DNA of 64,000 bases from an uncultured Planctomycetaceae bacterium (GTDB lineage Bacteria > Planctomycetota > Planctomycetia > Isosphaerales > Isosphaeraceae). The position numbers and the translations under genes are program-made. Below the pieces are notes generated by a model. It was given only the letters and a program-made list of their open reading frames with translations, searched no databases and had not been told where the DNA came from. This document shows positions 23,426-33,924 of the stretch, piece after piece. Position 1 is the stretch's first letter. Each line of letters opens with the position of its first letter. The stretch is taken from NCBI GenBank assembly GCA_963833985.1, contig CAWIAD010000001.1:1664001-1728000 (forward strand), read 5' to 3'.

Positions 23426-25336
23426 TCAGAGCGACAGCAGGTATGCGACAAGGTCGTCGATCTGGGGCTTGCTCAGGTGCGATGTCCGTCCATGCCGATC
23501 GGCGCTGTTGCGGCTGGTGAGCAGTTCTTGCAGGCTCACGCACGAGCCGTCGTGCAGGAACGGGGCGGTACGCCAGAGCTCCACGAGGGCCGGGGTGTCG
23601 AAGAGCGTGCGGCCCTGGTCGAAGGGCCCGGCGGTTCCAACGTCGTGAGCGTGCATGTCGGTCCGCAGGCCCCCGCTGTGGCAGCCCGCGCAGCCGGTTT
23701 CCGGGCTACGAAAGAGGGCTTCTCCCCGACGGGCCGCGGGGGAAAGCGCGCCATGAACCCGCGTCGGGCTTGGCAGCGGTTGCAGCGAGCGCAGGTAGGC
23801 ATCGAGGGCGGCCGGCACGTCCTCGCTCTGGACCGTGAACAGGATATGGCTCAATCCGGCACGCACGGCGGTCTCGGCGGTCTCGCGCACGCCACTGCTC
23901 ATCGCCGGCGGAGTGCGATGCGCCCAGAGCAAGCTTTTGGTGTTCCTGGGGTTGCCGATGCCGTCGTTGAGCAGGTCCCAGTTCAGGCCGTCGACCCGCG
24001 CGTCGTCCGAGTGGCAACTGGCACAGCTCTGCCAGCCCTGGAACGAGAGAGTGGCATCGTTGAAGAGCATCTCGCCGCGGCGGATCGGTGAGGCCGTTTG
24101 CGGAGGTCCCTGCGCCATCGTCACAGGCTCCAGCGGCCCATCGCGGAGGTCGACGCGCTCGACCGTATCGGAAAAATAACCCGCGGCGAAGAGCTGGGAA
24201 CCGGCGATTGCCAGCGAGCGCGGGCCGTTGCCCGCCAGGGGCACACGCCTGCGAATGCCCACCAGGAAGGCCAGGTCGCTGGGCACGTCGGCGGCCACGC
24301 GCGAGGCGGCCTGGAAGCTTTCGTGACGCGACGGTGCTGGTTTCACGGTCAGGCTCCGGAGCCTGGCCAGTAAGGCCGGCACGTCGATGACGCTCAGGTC
24401 GTGCGTTCCGGCGTGACTCACCGCGAGGATCTGGCTGTCGGCCGTCCAGGCGATCGCCCAGGGATTCGCGGCGCCACGGTCCACCTCGTCCAGCAGCACC
24501 GTATTGATGACCGCGCGTGCGGGTATGTCGATGAGTGTGAGCGCACCGGTGTTCATCCAGCCTCGATCGACCTGCGTCGTGGGCACCTTGAAGTGCGCCA
24601 GGTTGTGCGAAACGGCCGCGATCCGGCCATCGGGCGCGATGTTGATCTCGCGGAGCAGCCCGCTGCCGGCCGGCAATGCGAGGTGTGCGGCGACCTTGCG
24701 GGTCGCAAGATCGACCACGCTCACGCCCGCGGAGACCGGTCCTTGATCCGCACGCCCGTCCGGAAGGTGATGGGCAATGAGCAGGGTCTTGCCGTCGGTC
24801 GTGAGCGCCAGCGCGATGGGCTGGCGCGGCACGGCGATGTGCACGGGCTCGGACTTTTGCGACAGTTCGTGGACCGTCACGCAGTCGTCGAATCGGTCGC
24901 AGACGTAAAGCCGCTTGCCGTCCGGCGCGAGCACCGGGCTGCGCGTCGCATGACCGGCCGGCAAACAACTCGCCACGGTTCCCCGGGCTATATCGATGGA
25001 ACAGATGCGGCTCTCGGCGGCACCGCAGGTCACGAATAGCCTTGACCCGTCGGCGCTCAGGGCCAGGCCCGATGGGGCGTCAGGCAACTCGATACGCTGC
25101 ACCCATTTCCCGGTATCCCGGTCCAGGACCAGCACGGCCCGGGCTGTGGCGCAGGCGACGAACAGCCTGTGACTGTTCGCCGCGGGCACCATCGCCACGG
25201 GCGCAAGGCCGGCCTCGCGCGGCCGGGCTTCAGAGGCCGGCCCCTCCGGGTCCGCGGCGCATGCTGCCGAAGCGAGAATGGCCATGACGAAAGTGCCGCG
25301 CAGCAGGATCGACAATCCATCGGTTGATCTTTTCAT
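23426..25336 (-). CDS. YVTN beta-propeller fused to a di-heme cytochrome c (CcP/MauG-like)
   Basis: Signal peptide; ALSADG/PDGKRLYV repeats; CASCH, RNTKSL, CAGCH, TPAL..WRTAPFLHDGS, DDLVAYL motifs. Confidence 0.85.
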   Translation of the reverse strand: MKRSTDGLSILLRGTFVMAILASAACAADPEGPASEARPREAGLAPVAMVPAANSHRLFVACATARAVLVLDRDTGKWVQRIELPDAPSGLALSADGSRLFVTCGAAESRICSIDIARGTVASCLPAGHATRSPVLAPDGKRLYVCDRFDDCVTVHELSQKSEPVHIAVPRQPIALALTTDGKTLLIAHHLPDGRADQGPVSAGVSVVDLATRKVAAHLALPAGSGLLREINIAPDGRIAAVSHNLAHFKVPTTQVDRGWMNTGALTLIDIPARAVINTVLLDEVDRGAANPWAIAWTADSQILAVSHAGTHDLSVIDVPALLARLRSLTVKPAPSRHESFQAASRVAADVPSDLAFLVGIRRRVPLAGNGPRSLAIAGSQLFAAGYFSDTVERVDLRDGPLEPVTMAQGPPQTASPIRRGEMLFNDATLSFQGWQSCASCHSDDARVDGLNWDLLNDGIGNPRNTKSLLWAHRTPPAMSSGVRETAETAVRAGLSHILFTVQSEDVPAALDAYLRSLQPLPSPTRVHGALSPAARRGEALFRSPETGCAGCHSGGLRTDMHAHDVGTAGPFDQGRTLFDTPALVELWRTAPFLHDGSCVSLQELLTSRNSADRHGRTSHLSKPQIDDLVAYLLSL

Positions 25337-25848
25337 GACCTTGCTTGGCCTCAGGGTGAGCGCCGCTGGCCAGGCCGATTGCGACACGGCCGTCACCGGC
25401 GGACGGCAGGTGCGAACCAAGGCCGGCCGGCCGGCCGATCGGTTGAGACGGACAGGTGCTCCGTGCCCGGCGTGCGGCAAGCCAAAGATCCTCTCGGCAA
25501 GATCCCAGTGCTCTGCGGGGTCTCTGTGCAGCAAGCGAGCCCGGCGCGGGCGTTCTCCGCGCTCATCACGGCTCAGGTTCAGTCTCAGGCAATTTTGATC
25601 GAGGCTGCGTTTGAAGTCGCTGCCGTGTACCCAGCGGTACTACGGCCGTCGCGGTAGGAGGGAAAACAGAAACCTGACGCACGCAGCCTAGCACGGAACA
25701 AGGCACATGGCAACCCGGAAGCCGGGAGGGTTGGGGGCGTAAGATAGACTCCCTGGATCAACGTCAGACAGGTTCCGGTCCAGGCGTCGCGGCAGCGGAC
25801 CGGTTCGCCTTGCTCAGCGTGCGGGCGCCGGTGGTTCGCGCCGGGGCG

Positions 25849-25879
25849 CCGTCGTCGACGATCTGCGGGTCGACGACGG
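25849..25879 (-). terminator. Perfect 11-bp stem hairpin downstream of the sulfotransferase gene
   Basis: CCGTCGTCGAC-N9-GTCGACGACGG, 15 nt after the stop; no clear U-tract. Confidence 0.45.
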
Positions 25880-25894
25880 AGACCCGGGGACGGC

Positions 25895-27688
25895 TCACGA
25901 GTAAAGGCTGCTCTCGAGGTACGAGCGGTATTCGTAGCCTTTCATCTTTTGCACATACGTTTGTGTGCCATCGGGGAGCACCTCGATGGTCTGCCCGAAG
26001 AGATTACCATTCGACCCTTGGCCCCCGGACGTGAAGGCAAGGTTCCCATTGGGGAGTAGTTGAGCACTCCCGAGGAAGGCGGAGTAGTTGCCCAGGTCGG
26101 CATTCACCACCAGGGTCGCCTTCATCGTTTGCTCGTTGAGCACCAGCTCCTGCCCGCGGCTATGCGCGTTATGGTTCGACTTGTGACGGGTGTTCCCGTC
26201 GTCGAAGAGCACGATGGTCGTATCGTTGATGTAACTCACGTCGTGCTGGTGAGAGAACCAGGAGTCCGGGCCCGTGCCCCTGAGGTCAAAATTGCCGCCC
26301 TTGCCCAGCTTCCAGACGACGTGGCCGTCACCCGTGCCGTTGCTGTAGTCGATCTTGATCACCCAGTCCTGGGCGCGCAGGAAGACGATGAGGTTTCCAT
26401 CGGCGGGCGACCAGCTCACGGAGTTGCCGTGCAGCCAGTCTCCCGGTCCCTCGCCATCCGTGCCCAGACGGCTGGTCTTCAGCCAGTTAAAGGAGTTCCA
26501 GACCCACGATACCTGAAAGTTCTGGTCCAGCACGAGCACCATGTCGCCGGTGAACTTCGTGCGATGCCCCTTGTAAAGGACCTTCTTCTGAGTGCTTGCC
26601 AGGACGGCCGTGTCGCCATTGGGCAACAACTTGACCTCGTGGTCGAAATCAATGATCGACGGCTGCCCCATCGCGGCTAACTCGGCGTTGACGGCGGAGA
26701 TGTTCGTCTCGTGCAGGGTATCGCCGGCCAGGTCGGCCACCCGCACCGTGTCAAAGCCGCCGGCAACACCAACGGCCGTGCCTCCGAGCATCATCACCCT
26801 GCCCCCCGGCGCAAGGCTCGTGGAATAGCCGGGGAAGTTACTGGCCAGCGGGTCATAATACCAGATCACGTTACCGTTCAGGTCTGTCGCCAGTGTTGTG
26901 ACGTTGTGCATCGTCGTGTACTGGTTCGCGACCGCAGCGTGGAAGACCATGTTCTGACTCGGGTCCGCACCGGCGGTCGGTGGCAACTGCTCGGTGAAGG
27001 TTGGGAAGGTCAAGCCCGCTGGCAAGCTCCCGGTGGTGAACGTAATAGGAGTGGACGTGGTCCCATCGGCCAGGACGTGCCTCATGAGGTACGTCGTATT
27101 GGGCAGCATACCGGCGACGATGAAGTTGGTGCTCTCCCCGGGTACGATCGCTTGCGAGGAGGTGCTTTGCCAGACTGGCGACGTGCTTTGCTGGGCGAAC
27201 TGAACGTACATGGTGGCACCGGAGGAGGGCGGGGCACTGTACAGGGCAACCAGCGGGTTCGCCATCGGTGTGATCACCGCGCTGTTGCCCACGATACGGG
27301 TCTGCGCCGTGTACTTCGCACTGCCGGGATCGGCGGTGGACGCGCCGTAGCTCGCCTTGACGACCACCTGGATGTGATAGGTGCCTTCTTGCAAGGGGTT
27401 CCAGGTGAAGCTACTGGTGGGGCTGAAGTCGCGGACCACGTGAGAGACCCCACCGGCCTGCCCGACGCTGAACTGGTAAACGGGCGATGTCCCGTCGCCG
27501 CTGGCCGCGGCCGTCCAGATCACCGGCGATCCCACCAGCGGAACAGGCGGCCCGCTCGCCGACAGGGTGACGGACATGAGTGAGCGCTCCTCAAGGGGAG
27601 TGCACCGCGGCCGGTGACATCGGCAACGTCGAACTGCCGTTGGTTTCGTCCGAACTTGCCTGCGGAAGGGGCTCAGGAGATGCCACAT
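25895..27688 (-). CDS. Aryl-sulfate sulfotransferase with planctomycete-type N-terminal motif
   Basis: ANPLVALY, FDHE, DWLHGNS, HQHD, FDDGN motifs; N-terminal RRCRCHRPRCTPLEERSLMS. Confidence 0.85.
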   Translation of the reverse strand: MWHLLSPFRRQVRTKPTAVRRCRCHRPRCTPLEERSLMSVTLSASGPPVPLVGSPVIWTAAASGDGTSPVYQFSVGQAGGVSHVVRDFSPTSSFTWNPLQEGTYHIQVVVKASYGASTADPGSAKYTAQTRIVGNSAVITPMANPLVALYSAPPSSGATMYVQFAQQSTSPVWQSTSSQAIVPGESTNFIVAGMLPNTTYLMRHVLADGTTSTPITFTTGSLPAGLTFPTFTEQLPPTAGADPSQNMVFHAAVANQYTTMHNVTTLATDLNGNVIWYYDPLASNFPGYSTSLAPGGRVMMLGGTAVGVAGGFDTVRVADLAGDTLHETNISAVNAELAAMGQPSIIDFDHEVKLLPNGDTAVLASTQKKVLYKGHRTKFTGDMVLVLDQNFQVSWVWNSFNWLKTSRLGTDGEGPGDWLHGNSVSWSPADGNLIVFLRAQDWVIKIDYSNGTGDGHVVWKLGKGGNFDLRGTGPDSWFSHQHDVSYINDTTIVLFDDGNTRHKSNHNAHSRGQELVLNEQTMKATLVVNADLGNYSAFLGSAQLLPNGNLAFTSGGQGSNGNLFGQTIEVLPDGTQTYVQKMKGYEYRSYLESSLYS

Positions 27689-28217
27689 CGAAAAAAACCC
27701 TCCAAAGCAAGCGATGACGGAGCGGGGACTGTCACGAGTCCTCGGTCCCGGATGGCTGTCTCCGGGGCTCGGCAACCACTCGCATGTCAGGCAGGCGGAT
27801 CACGGAACCGCTCAGGGCGCGGAGCCTCACTTTCATCCATGGGGCCTGCGCAGCGGGCTGCGCGCACCAACCCGGTTCGCTCCGGACATGGCCCATGCCA
27901 GGGAGATGAGAGCTGGTTGCCCCGCCCGTCGCTCGTGCGGCTATTTCCACCGCTCGGAGTTCGCTCGGATCATCCCAACCGGCCGTGTGCTCGCTACGCG
28001 TACGCCCCATCCCGTTGCACGTCAATATGATGTGCTGGCAGTCAGGACTTGCAGATGGCTAAAGCACGGCACACCGGGTTCACAAGACAAAGAATGTACG
28101 CGTCTTCGACAGACTCGGCCGAACGGTGTACGGACATAAGTAAACAGGTAGGGATCGCTATTGCAAGAAAAAAGAGAACAAAAGGTTGTTTAATTTTCTT
28201 TAGTGCAAGAAGCGAGT

Positions 28218-28254
28218 GAAAGGGGGGCGTACGAATGTGTACTCGCCCCCCCCC
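28218..28254 (-). terminator. Possible intrinsic terminator
   Basis: G-run/C-run imperfect hairpin followed on the minus strand by TTT, downstream of the methyltransferase, in an AT-rich spacer. Confidence 0.35.
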
Positions 28255-28390
28255 GAACAGTCAAATAATATTACATATCTCTGATATATAAATCCAGAAG
28301 GCCCATGGTCGACCGGAGCTTGTGGATCCGGCTGGAGTGAGGCCTCCGTCCCCGACTTCGATCACGGCGATGGGGAATTCAATGCGGTGC

Positions 28391-29128
28391 TCAACGCGAC
28401 GGAGGAACGGGAGCCTTTTCGAACACCGCGAAGAAGTTCTCCTTCAGGGCCACGGCGTCATTCGTCTTTGGCGGGCCGAAGCCCGCGGCCTGGACCTCGC
28501 GGAAGTAGACTTCCTTCTCGGCCCGGGCGCGGTGGCCGCCGTGCGAACCGCTTTCCTTGTGAAGATCGAAGTCGATGAGCACCAGGCGGCCGCCCGGGCG
28601 AAGCGCTTGATGGATGGACGAGAGAATCTTCTGGGGATGCTCGAAGTGATGATAGGTCGCACAGATGAAGGCCACGTCGATCGAGGCCGGAGGCAGGTTC
28701 GTGGTGCCGTCCGCGCCGCGGGTCGGTTTGACCACACCCTCCAGACCACGCTCCTTCACCTGTTTCCGGATGTAACCCAGGAAGGCAGGAGAGATGTCCA
28801 CGGCATAGACCTGGCCCTTCGGGCCGACCTGCTCGGCGAATAGAAACGTGTACAGCCCCGTCCCCGCGCCGATGTCGGCAACGCCCATGCCGGGACGCAG
28901 GCCGATCGCCGAGACGATCTGCTTGCGCTGCGCGTAAATATCCCGCGTATCGTTCTCGAAACGCGCGACGAACGCCTTGACATCCAGGTCCTCCTTCTGG
29001 AACTGCTTGTTCATCTCGCGTGGCGTATGCTTCATCGCATCGTGCTCCTGGGCCAACACCCGCACCGGGAACCGTACCGTAACGGCAACCAGAGCCACCA
29101 GGAACAACCGCCAGGTTCGTCCGTCCAT
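28391..29128 (-). CDS. Class I SAM-dependent methyltransferase with signal-peptide-like N-terminus
   Basis: VADIGAGTG, YAVDI, YHHF, LRPGGRL motifs. Confidence 0.9.
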   Translation of the reverse strand: MDGRTWRLFLVALVAVTVRFPVRVLAQEHDAMKHTPREMNKQFQKEDLDVKAFVARFENDTRDIYAQRKQIVSAIGLRPGMGVADIGAGTGLYTFLFAEQVGPKGQVYAVDISPAFLGYIRKQVKERGLEGVVKPTRGADGTTNLPPASIDVAFICATYHHFEHPQKILSSIHQALRPGGRLVLIDFDLHKESGSHGGHRARAEKEVYFREVQAAGFGPPKTNDAVALKENFFAVFEKAPVPPSR

Positions 29129-29264
29129 CCGCGCGCCCCTTGATGCCTGGAGTATCGGGTCATGACCTTTGATTCTGACCCATCCCGAGGTGCGCGGGAA
29201 TAGCCTGGCGAGTTAAACCCAGGAGGTTGACGGCCAAGGCGGACAGGTGTTCCGAAAGGCCGCA

Positions 29265-29876
29265 TTACCGGGTGCGTTTCTCGGCCAGGGCATGCAGATC
29301 GAGGTCCGTCGAGGGCCGGGTCTCGGCCTTCAGCACTTTCCGCATCTGCTCGAGTGCAGCGCGGTTCTCCTCGGCGGTGTTCGACGCCACGCAATCCGCC
29401 GGCACGAAGAGGCGGAAGTCCCTCATGTAGGCGTCATTCGCGGTGAACAGCACGCAGTTGTTGCCCGCGATGCCGGTGATGATGAGGGTCCGTGCGCCCA
29501 GGTATTCCAGCAGGATGTCCAGGCTTGTCGAGAAGAACCCCGAGTGCTTGGGCTTGAGGACGAAGTAATCTTCAGACCCGGGCATGAGCATCCTCGCCAG
29601 GGGCTGGCCGCGCACGCCGTCTTGCAGGCAGTGTTCCACCTGGGCGTTGAAGTTGGACCGCCAGCGTCCGAAGTTGTCATTGACGTACACAACCGGGACT
29701 TCCGCCTCCCTGGCCTGCCGCTTGAGCTCAACCAGGCGGCGGGCCATCGGCAAGGCCTGCTGGAGCATCTGCTCGCCCTCCGGAAAATCCAGGTCATTGA
29801 TCACGTCGATGAGCAAGAGCGCCAGGGCCGCCTTGTCCGGCGCATTGCCATGCAGATCCTCGTTTCCGAAACCCAT
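29265..29876 (-). CDS. Isochorismatase-family cysteine hydrolase
   Basis: LLLIDVIND, KPKHSGF, GIAGNNCV motifs. Confidence 0.9.
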   Translation of the reverse strand: MGFGNEDLHGNAPDKAALALLLIDVINDLDFPEGEQMLQQALPMARRLVELKRQAREAEVPVVYVNDNFGRWRSNFNAQVEHCLQDGVRGQPLARMLMPGSEDYFVLKPKHSGFFSTSLDILLEYLGARTLIITGIAGNNCVLFTANDAYMRDFRLFVPADCVASNTAEENRAALEQMRKVLKAETRPSTDLDLHALAEKRTR

Positions 29877-30120
29877 GGGGTGGATCTCCGCTGCTGGGCT
29901 CGACCTCCGCTGCTGATGGAAAATGCCCTGCTTTCCATCCGCGTGCAGAACGGATGCCGGACGGCGGATCAGGTCCAGAGTGCACGCGTGCATTTCTCCC
30001 GGTCTTGCCGGAATCAGGGGAAGACGTGTAGAATTCGATCGCTGCAAACGTGTTGGTATACCGCACTCGATTCCGTCCGGGAGCAAGGCCTTCCCGCGTA
30101 CCGGGAGGGGTTGGAGATTC

Positions 30121-31947
30121 ATGAAGCGACGCGATGACATCCGCAACGTGGCCATCATTGCCCACGTGGACCATGGGAAGACGACGCTGGTCGATGCGAT
30201 GCTTCGCCAGTCCGGGCAGTTCCGGGCCTCTCAGCTTCAAGGTGAGCGGATCCTGGACTCGAACGACCTCGAGCGCGAGCGCGGGATCACGATCCTGGCG
30301 AAGAACATCGCCATCCAGTACCACGAGACGAAGATCAACCTCATCGACACGCCGGGGCACGCCGATTTTGGCGGCGAGGTCGAGCGGACGCTGCAAATGG
30401 CCGACGGTGCGCTGGTGCTCGTGGACGCGTTCGAGGGGCCGATGCCGCAGACGAAGTTCGTGCTGCGCAAGGCGTTTGGCTGCCACATCCGGCCCATAGT
30501 GGTGATCAACAAGGTGGACCGGCCGGACGCCCGGCCCAACGAGGTGCTCAACGAGGTCTTCGACACCTTCGTGGAGCTGGGTGCCAGCGAGGAGCAGCTC
30601 GATTTCGCGTACATCTTCGCTTCGGGCAAGGCTGGCTTCGCCTCGCACGACCCGGCGGCGACCTCCGGTGACGTCCGGCCCCTCTTCGACCTGATCGTGG
30701 AGCGGGTGCCCGGCCCGGTGGTCGAACCCGATGCGCCTTTCTCGGTGCTCTGCACGACACTCGACTTCTCCGAGTACGTGGGCCGGATCGCCATTGGCCG
30801 GATCGTCTCGGGGCGCGTCCAGCGCGGGCAAAAGGCCGCCCTGCTGAAGGCCAACGGCGTGAGCGTCTCGGGCTCGATCGACAGCGTGCTGCTCTTCGAC
30901 AAGCTCGGCCGCGTGGAGGTGCAGGAGGCCGAGGCGGGCGACATCGTGGCCATCGTCGGCCTCTCGACCGTCGAGATTGGCGACACCATCGCCGCGCCGG
31001 AACATACCGTGGCACTGCCGCGGATCGAGGTGGGCGAGCCCACCCTGAGCATGCTCTTCACCGTGAATAACTCGCCCTTAGCCGGCGAGGGGCAGTACCT
31101 CACCTCGCGGCACATCCACGACCGGCTCATGCGCGAGCTGGAGTCGAATGTGGCGCTGAAGGTCGAGGTGACCGAGGACGGCGATGCGTTCCAGGTCTCC
31201 GGGCGCGGGCTGCTGCACCTCTCGGTGCTCATCGAGACGATGCGCCGCGAGGGCTACGAGCTGTCCGTGGGCAAGCCGGAGGTCATCGTCAAGCGGATCG
31301 GCGGGGTCGATCACGAACCCTACGAGTTCTTGGTGGTCGACGTCCCGCACAGCCACATCGGACCGGTGATGGAACTGGTGGGCGCCCGCCGGGGCGAGAT
31401 GAGCAAGATGGACGGCAAGGGCGCGTACGCGCACCTGGAGTTCCTCATCCCGGCGCGCGGCCTGATCGGACTGCGCAACCGGCTCATGAGCGCCACGCAG
31501 GGCGAGGCCATCATGCACCACAACTTTCATGACTACCGGCCGCTCAAGGGAGACATTCCCAGCCGGGGCAACGGCGTCATGGTAAGCATGGTGAGCGGCC
31601 CGGCCGTGGCCTTCTCTCTGGACAACCTTCAGCAGCGCGGCACCATGTTCGTGCAGCCCGGCGATGCGATCTATGAGGGAATGATCATCGCGGAGAACGC
31701 CCGCAGCGACGACATGGTGGTCAACCCGTGCAAGGAGAAGAAGCTCACGAACATGCGGGCCTCCGGTTCGGACCGGAACATCCTGCTGAAACCTCCCCGC
31801 CTGCTCACCCTCGAGATCGCGCTGGAGTACATCGAGGACGACGAACTGGTGGAGATCACCCCCAGCAAGATCCGGCTCCGCAAGAAGGTGCTCAAGGAGG
31901 AGGGCCGCCGGCGCATCGAGCGCGGGGGCAAGAAGGTCGGCGTGTGA
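30121..31947 (+). CDS. typA: Translational GTPase TypA/BipA
   Basis: AHVDHGKTT, ERGITILAKN, DTPGHADFGGEVER, GRGLLHL, KKLTNMRASG motifs. Confidence 0.98.
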   Translation: MKRRDDIRNVAIIAHVDHGKTTLVDAMLRQSGQFRASQLQGERILDSNDLERERGITILAKNIAIQYHETKINLIDTPGHADFGGEVERTLQMADGALVLVDAFEGPMPQTKFVLRKAFGCHIRPIVVINKVDRPDARPNEVLNEVFDTFVELGASEEQLDFAYIFASGKAGFASHDPAATSGDVRPLFDLIVERVPGPVVEPDAPFSVLCTTLDFSEYVGRIAIGRIVSGRVQRGQKAALLKANGVSVSGSIDSVLLFDKLGRVEVQEAEAGDIVAIVGLSTVEIGDTIAAPEHTVALPRIEVGEPTLSMLFTVNNSPLAGEGQYLTSRHIHDRLMRELESNVALKVEVTEDGDAFQVSGRGLLHLSVLIETMRREGYELSVGKPEVIVKRIGGVDHEPYEFLVVDVPHSHIGPVMELVGARRGEMSKMDGKGAYAHLEFLIPARGLIGLRNRLMSATQGEAIMHHNFHDYRPLKGDIPSRGNGVMVSMVSGPAVAFSLDNLQQRGTMFVQPGDAIYEGMIIAENARSDDMVVNPCKEKKLTNMRASGSDRNILLKPPRLLTLEIALEYIEDDELVEITPSKIRLRKKVLKEEGRRRIERGGKKVGV

Positions 31948-31972
31948 GCCGCATGCGAGGCCTGCATCTAGT

Positions 31973-32470
31973 CTAACCGTTGCCGGCACGCCTGCGCCGT
32001 AGCTCGGCATAGAAGTTGATTTCCACCCGGTTGCCGCGCAGGGCGGCGTGTGCCTCGCGGGCCAGTTGCACGCTGGCCAGCAGCAGCAGGCTCACGCCGC
32101 AGACGGCCATGGCGGTGGGAACTGCCAGGACGTCGCTGCCAAAGAGCACATGGAACGCCGTGGTCAGGCTGGTGCCGACGAACATCGCCAGCGCCACGTA
32201 GAGCAGCGTGAGCGACTGGCGGATGCGGTCATTGCGCGCGATGAGGTGATCGAGCACTTCCGTGACGTGGTCAAGCCTCTCCGCCGGGAAGTCGAGATCG
32301 TGCTTGCCACGGCTCAGGGCGTCGCCCTCCATGTTGAGCTCGTGGATCCGATCAACGATGCGGGCCATGCGGTTTGACGTGGAGATGATCAGCGAGCCCG
32401 TGGCCGTCATGAACAGCGCGGGGGTGATCATGGCGGAGAGCGTCGAGTAATCGGGCAGAGTCACAGGCAT
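31973..32470 (-). CDS. DUF2721-type membrane protein
   Basis: AMITPA..STSNRMARIVDR motif plus TM helices. Confidence 0.8.
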   Translation of the reverse strand: MPVTLPDYSTLSAMITPALFMTATGSLIISTSNRMARIVDRIHELNMEGDALSRGKHDLDFPAERLDHVTEVLDHLIARNDRIRQSLTLLYVALAMFVGTSLTTAFHVLFGSDVLAVPTAMAVCGVSLLLLASVQLAREAHAALRGNRVEINFYAELRRRRAGNG

Positions 32471-32483
32471 GAGCCATTCCGAA

Positions 32484-33038
32484 TCAGAGTGCCGCTTCGC
32501 CGGCCGTCCAGTCCGTGCGCAGCAGACCGTACAGCCAGACGTCGTGCCACCGGTCCTCGCGCCAGACCATCTGCCGCGCGGTCCCCTCGAACTGGTAGCC
32601 GCACTTCTCGTACACCCGCTTCATGGCCGGATTGAACGTGTGCCCGTTTACCCGGTGCAGCCCGAGCTGGGAGAAGGCGAAGCGGCTGCGCACCTGCACT
32701 GCGTCGCTGGCGTGGCCGTGCCCCCAGACCGAGCGTTCGCCGATCACGAGGCCCCCCGTGGCCGACCGGTTCTTCCAGTGAATCGCGTGCAGGCCGACGA
32801 AGCCGATGTGCCGGCTGTCCGCATCGAGGATGGCCCAGGTGAAGTCCGTGTCGCTCCAGCCTTCGATCCGGTCGAAGAACACCTCCTCCTGCTTGCGGCT
32901 GATCCCCAGGTTGAGCTCGAGGTTCGCGGTGATCTCGGGGTCGTTCATCCACCGCAGTGCATTTTCGAGATGGAGAGTGCGATCGGGAGGCACCAGACGT
33001 ACCAACTTGCCTTTCCACCCCACGATGGCGTCGGACAC
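32484..33038 (-). CDS. GNAT acetyltransferase (RimJ/RimL-like)
   Basis: WGHGHASDA, LGLHRV, YEKCGYQFEG motifs. Confidence 0.88.
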   Translation of the reverse strand: MSDAIVGWKGKLVRLVPPDRTLHLENALRWMNDPEITANLELNLGISRKQEEVFFDRIEGWSDTDFTWAILDADSRHIGFVGLHAIHWKNRSATGGLVIGERSVWGHGHASDAVQVRSRFAFSQLGLHRVNGHTFNPAMKRVYEKCGYQFEGTARQMVWREDRWHDVWLYGLLRTDWTAGEAAL

Positions 33039-33147
33039 CGGGCATGCTCCAGGAAGAGGTATCAGGGTCTGTGACTCGCTTCCAGGATGACGCGTTCATC
33101 GCCGGGGAGGTTCGTTTGCAAGCTGAATTTTCGGGGCGGACGCGGAG

Positions 33148-33901
33148 TCACTCCAGCGGCCGGACGCGGATGTTGCGGAAGGCGACGGGGCCGTGATCGG
33201 CTTGCAGCAGAATCGGGCCTTTGCGCACCTCGGGCAGCTTCCAGGCGTGGCCGGTGGGAGTCTTCAGCTCCAGGTCTTCCTGCACGACCTGCCCGTTCAG
33301 GACCACTTTCACGAACCGGGCGTTGGCCGTCTTCTTCTTGCCCGAGGCGTCAAACCGCGGGGCCTTGAATGTGATGTCCAGCGTCTGCCACTCGCCGGCC
33401 GGCCGTGCCGCGTTCACGCGGGGAGCCGCGCCGTCGTCCAGGTAACGGTAGCGTGGCAACAGCTCTGCGCGTGGGTAGACGCCCCCACAATCGCGTCCGG
33501 TGAGCTTGGTAGCGGCCTGGCTATCCACGATCTGGATCTCGTACAGCCCTTCAAGCTTCACACCCGAGTTCGACCGGCGGGGAATGAGGAACTCGAAATG
33601 TGCCTCGACATCTCCGAAATCCTGCTTCGAGAGCAAGTTCCGGGTGCGGCCATTCGCTCCATTGATGATCACCCCGTGGCCGCTGACCGGTAACAGTCGG
33701 GTCGGATCTTGCGGATTGATGCGGGCGTCGCCGGCAAGGATCCAGGCGGCCGCGGGACCTTGCCACGCCGCCAGTTCCTGATCGCTCACGAGCGCGATCC
33801 AGCCGGGCTCCTGCGCCCGCCGGTGGCCAGGCCGCGAGCGTCAGGAGCAGAGCCGAGAAGAGCAATAAACCAGGGACGGTTGTGCGCACGTGCTGGCTCA
33901 T
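33148..33901 (-). CDS. DUF1080 / 3-keto-disaccharide hydrolase; frameshift near 33815
   Basis: SNSGV, YEIQIVDS, GEWQT, LNG, LQADHGPVAFRNI; signal peptide in the adjacent frame. Confidence 0.85.
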
Positions 33902-33924
33902 TTCGATCATCCCCCGCAAGAACG

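Noticed and set aside
20785..25336. Evidence that the organism performs anammox
   Set aside because: Only architectural similarity; no hydrazine dehydrogenase or other anammox genes in the window, and the gene content looks heterotrophic
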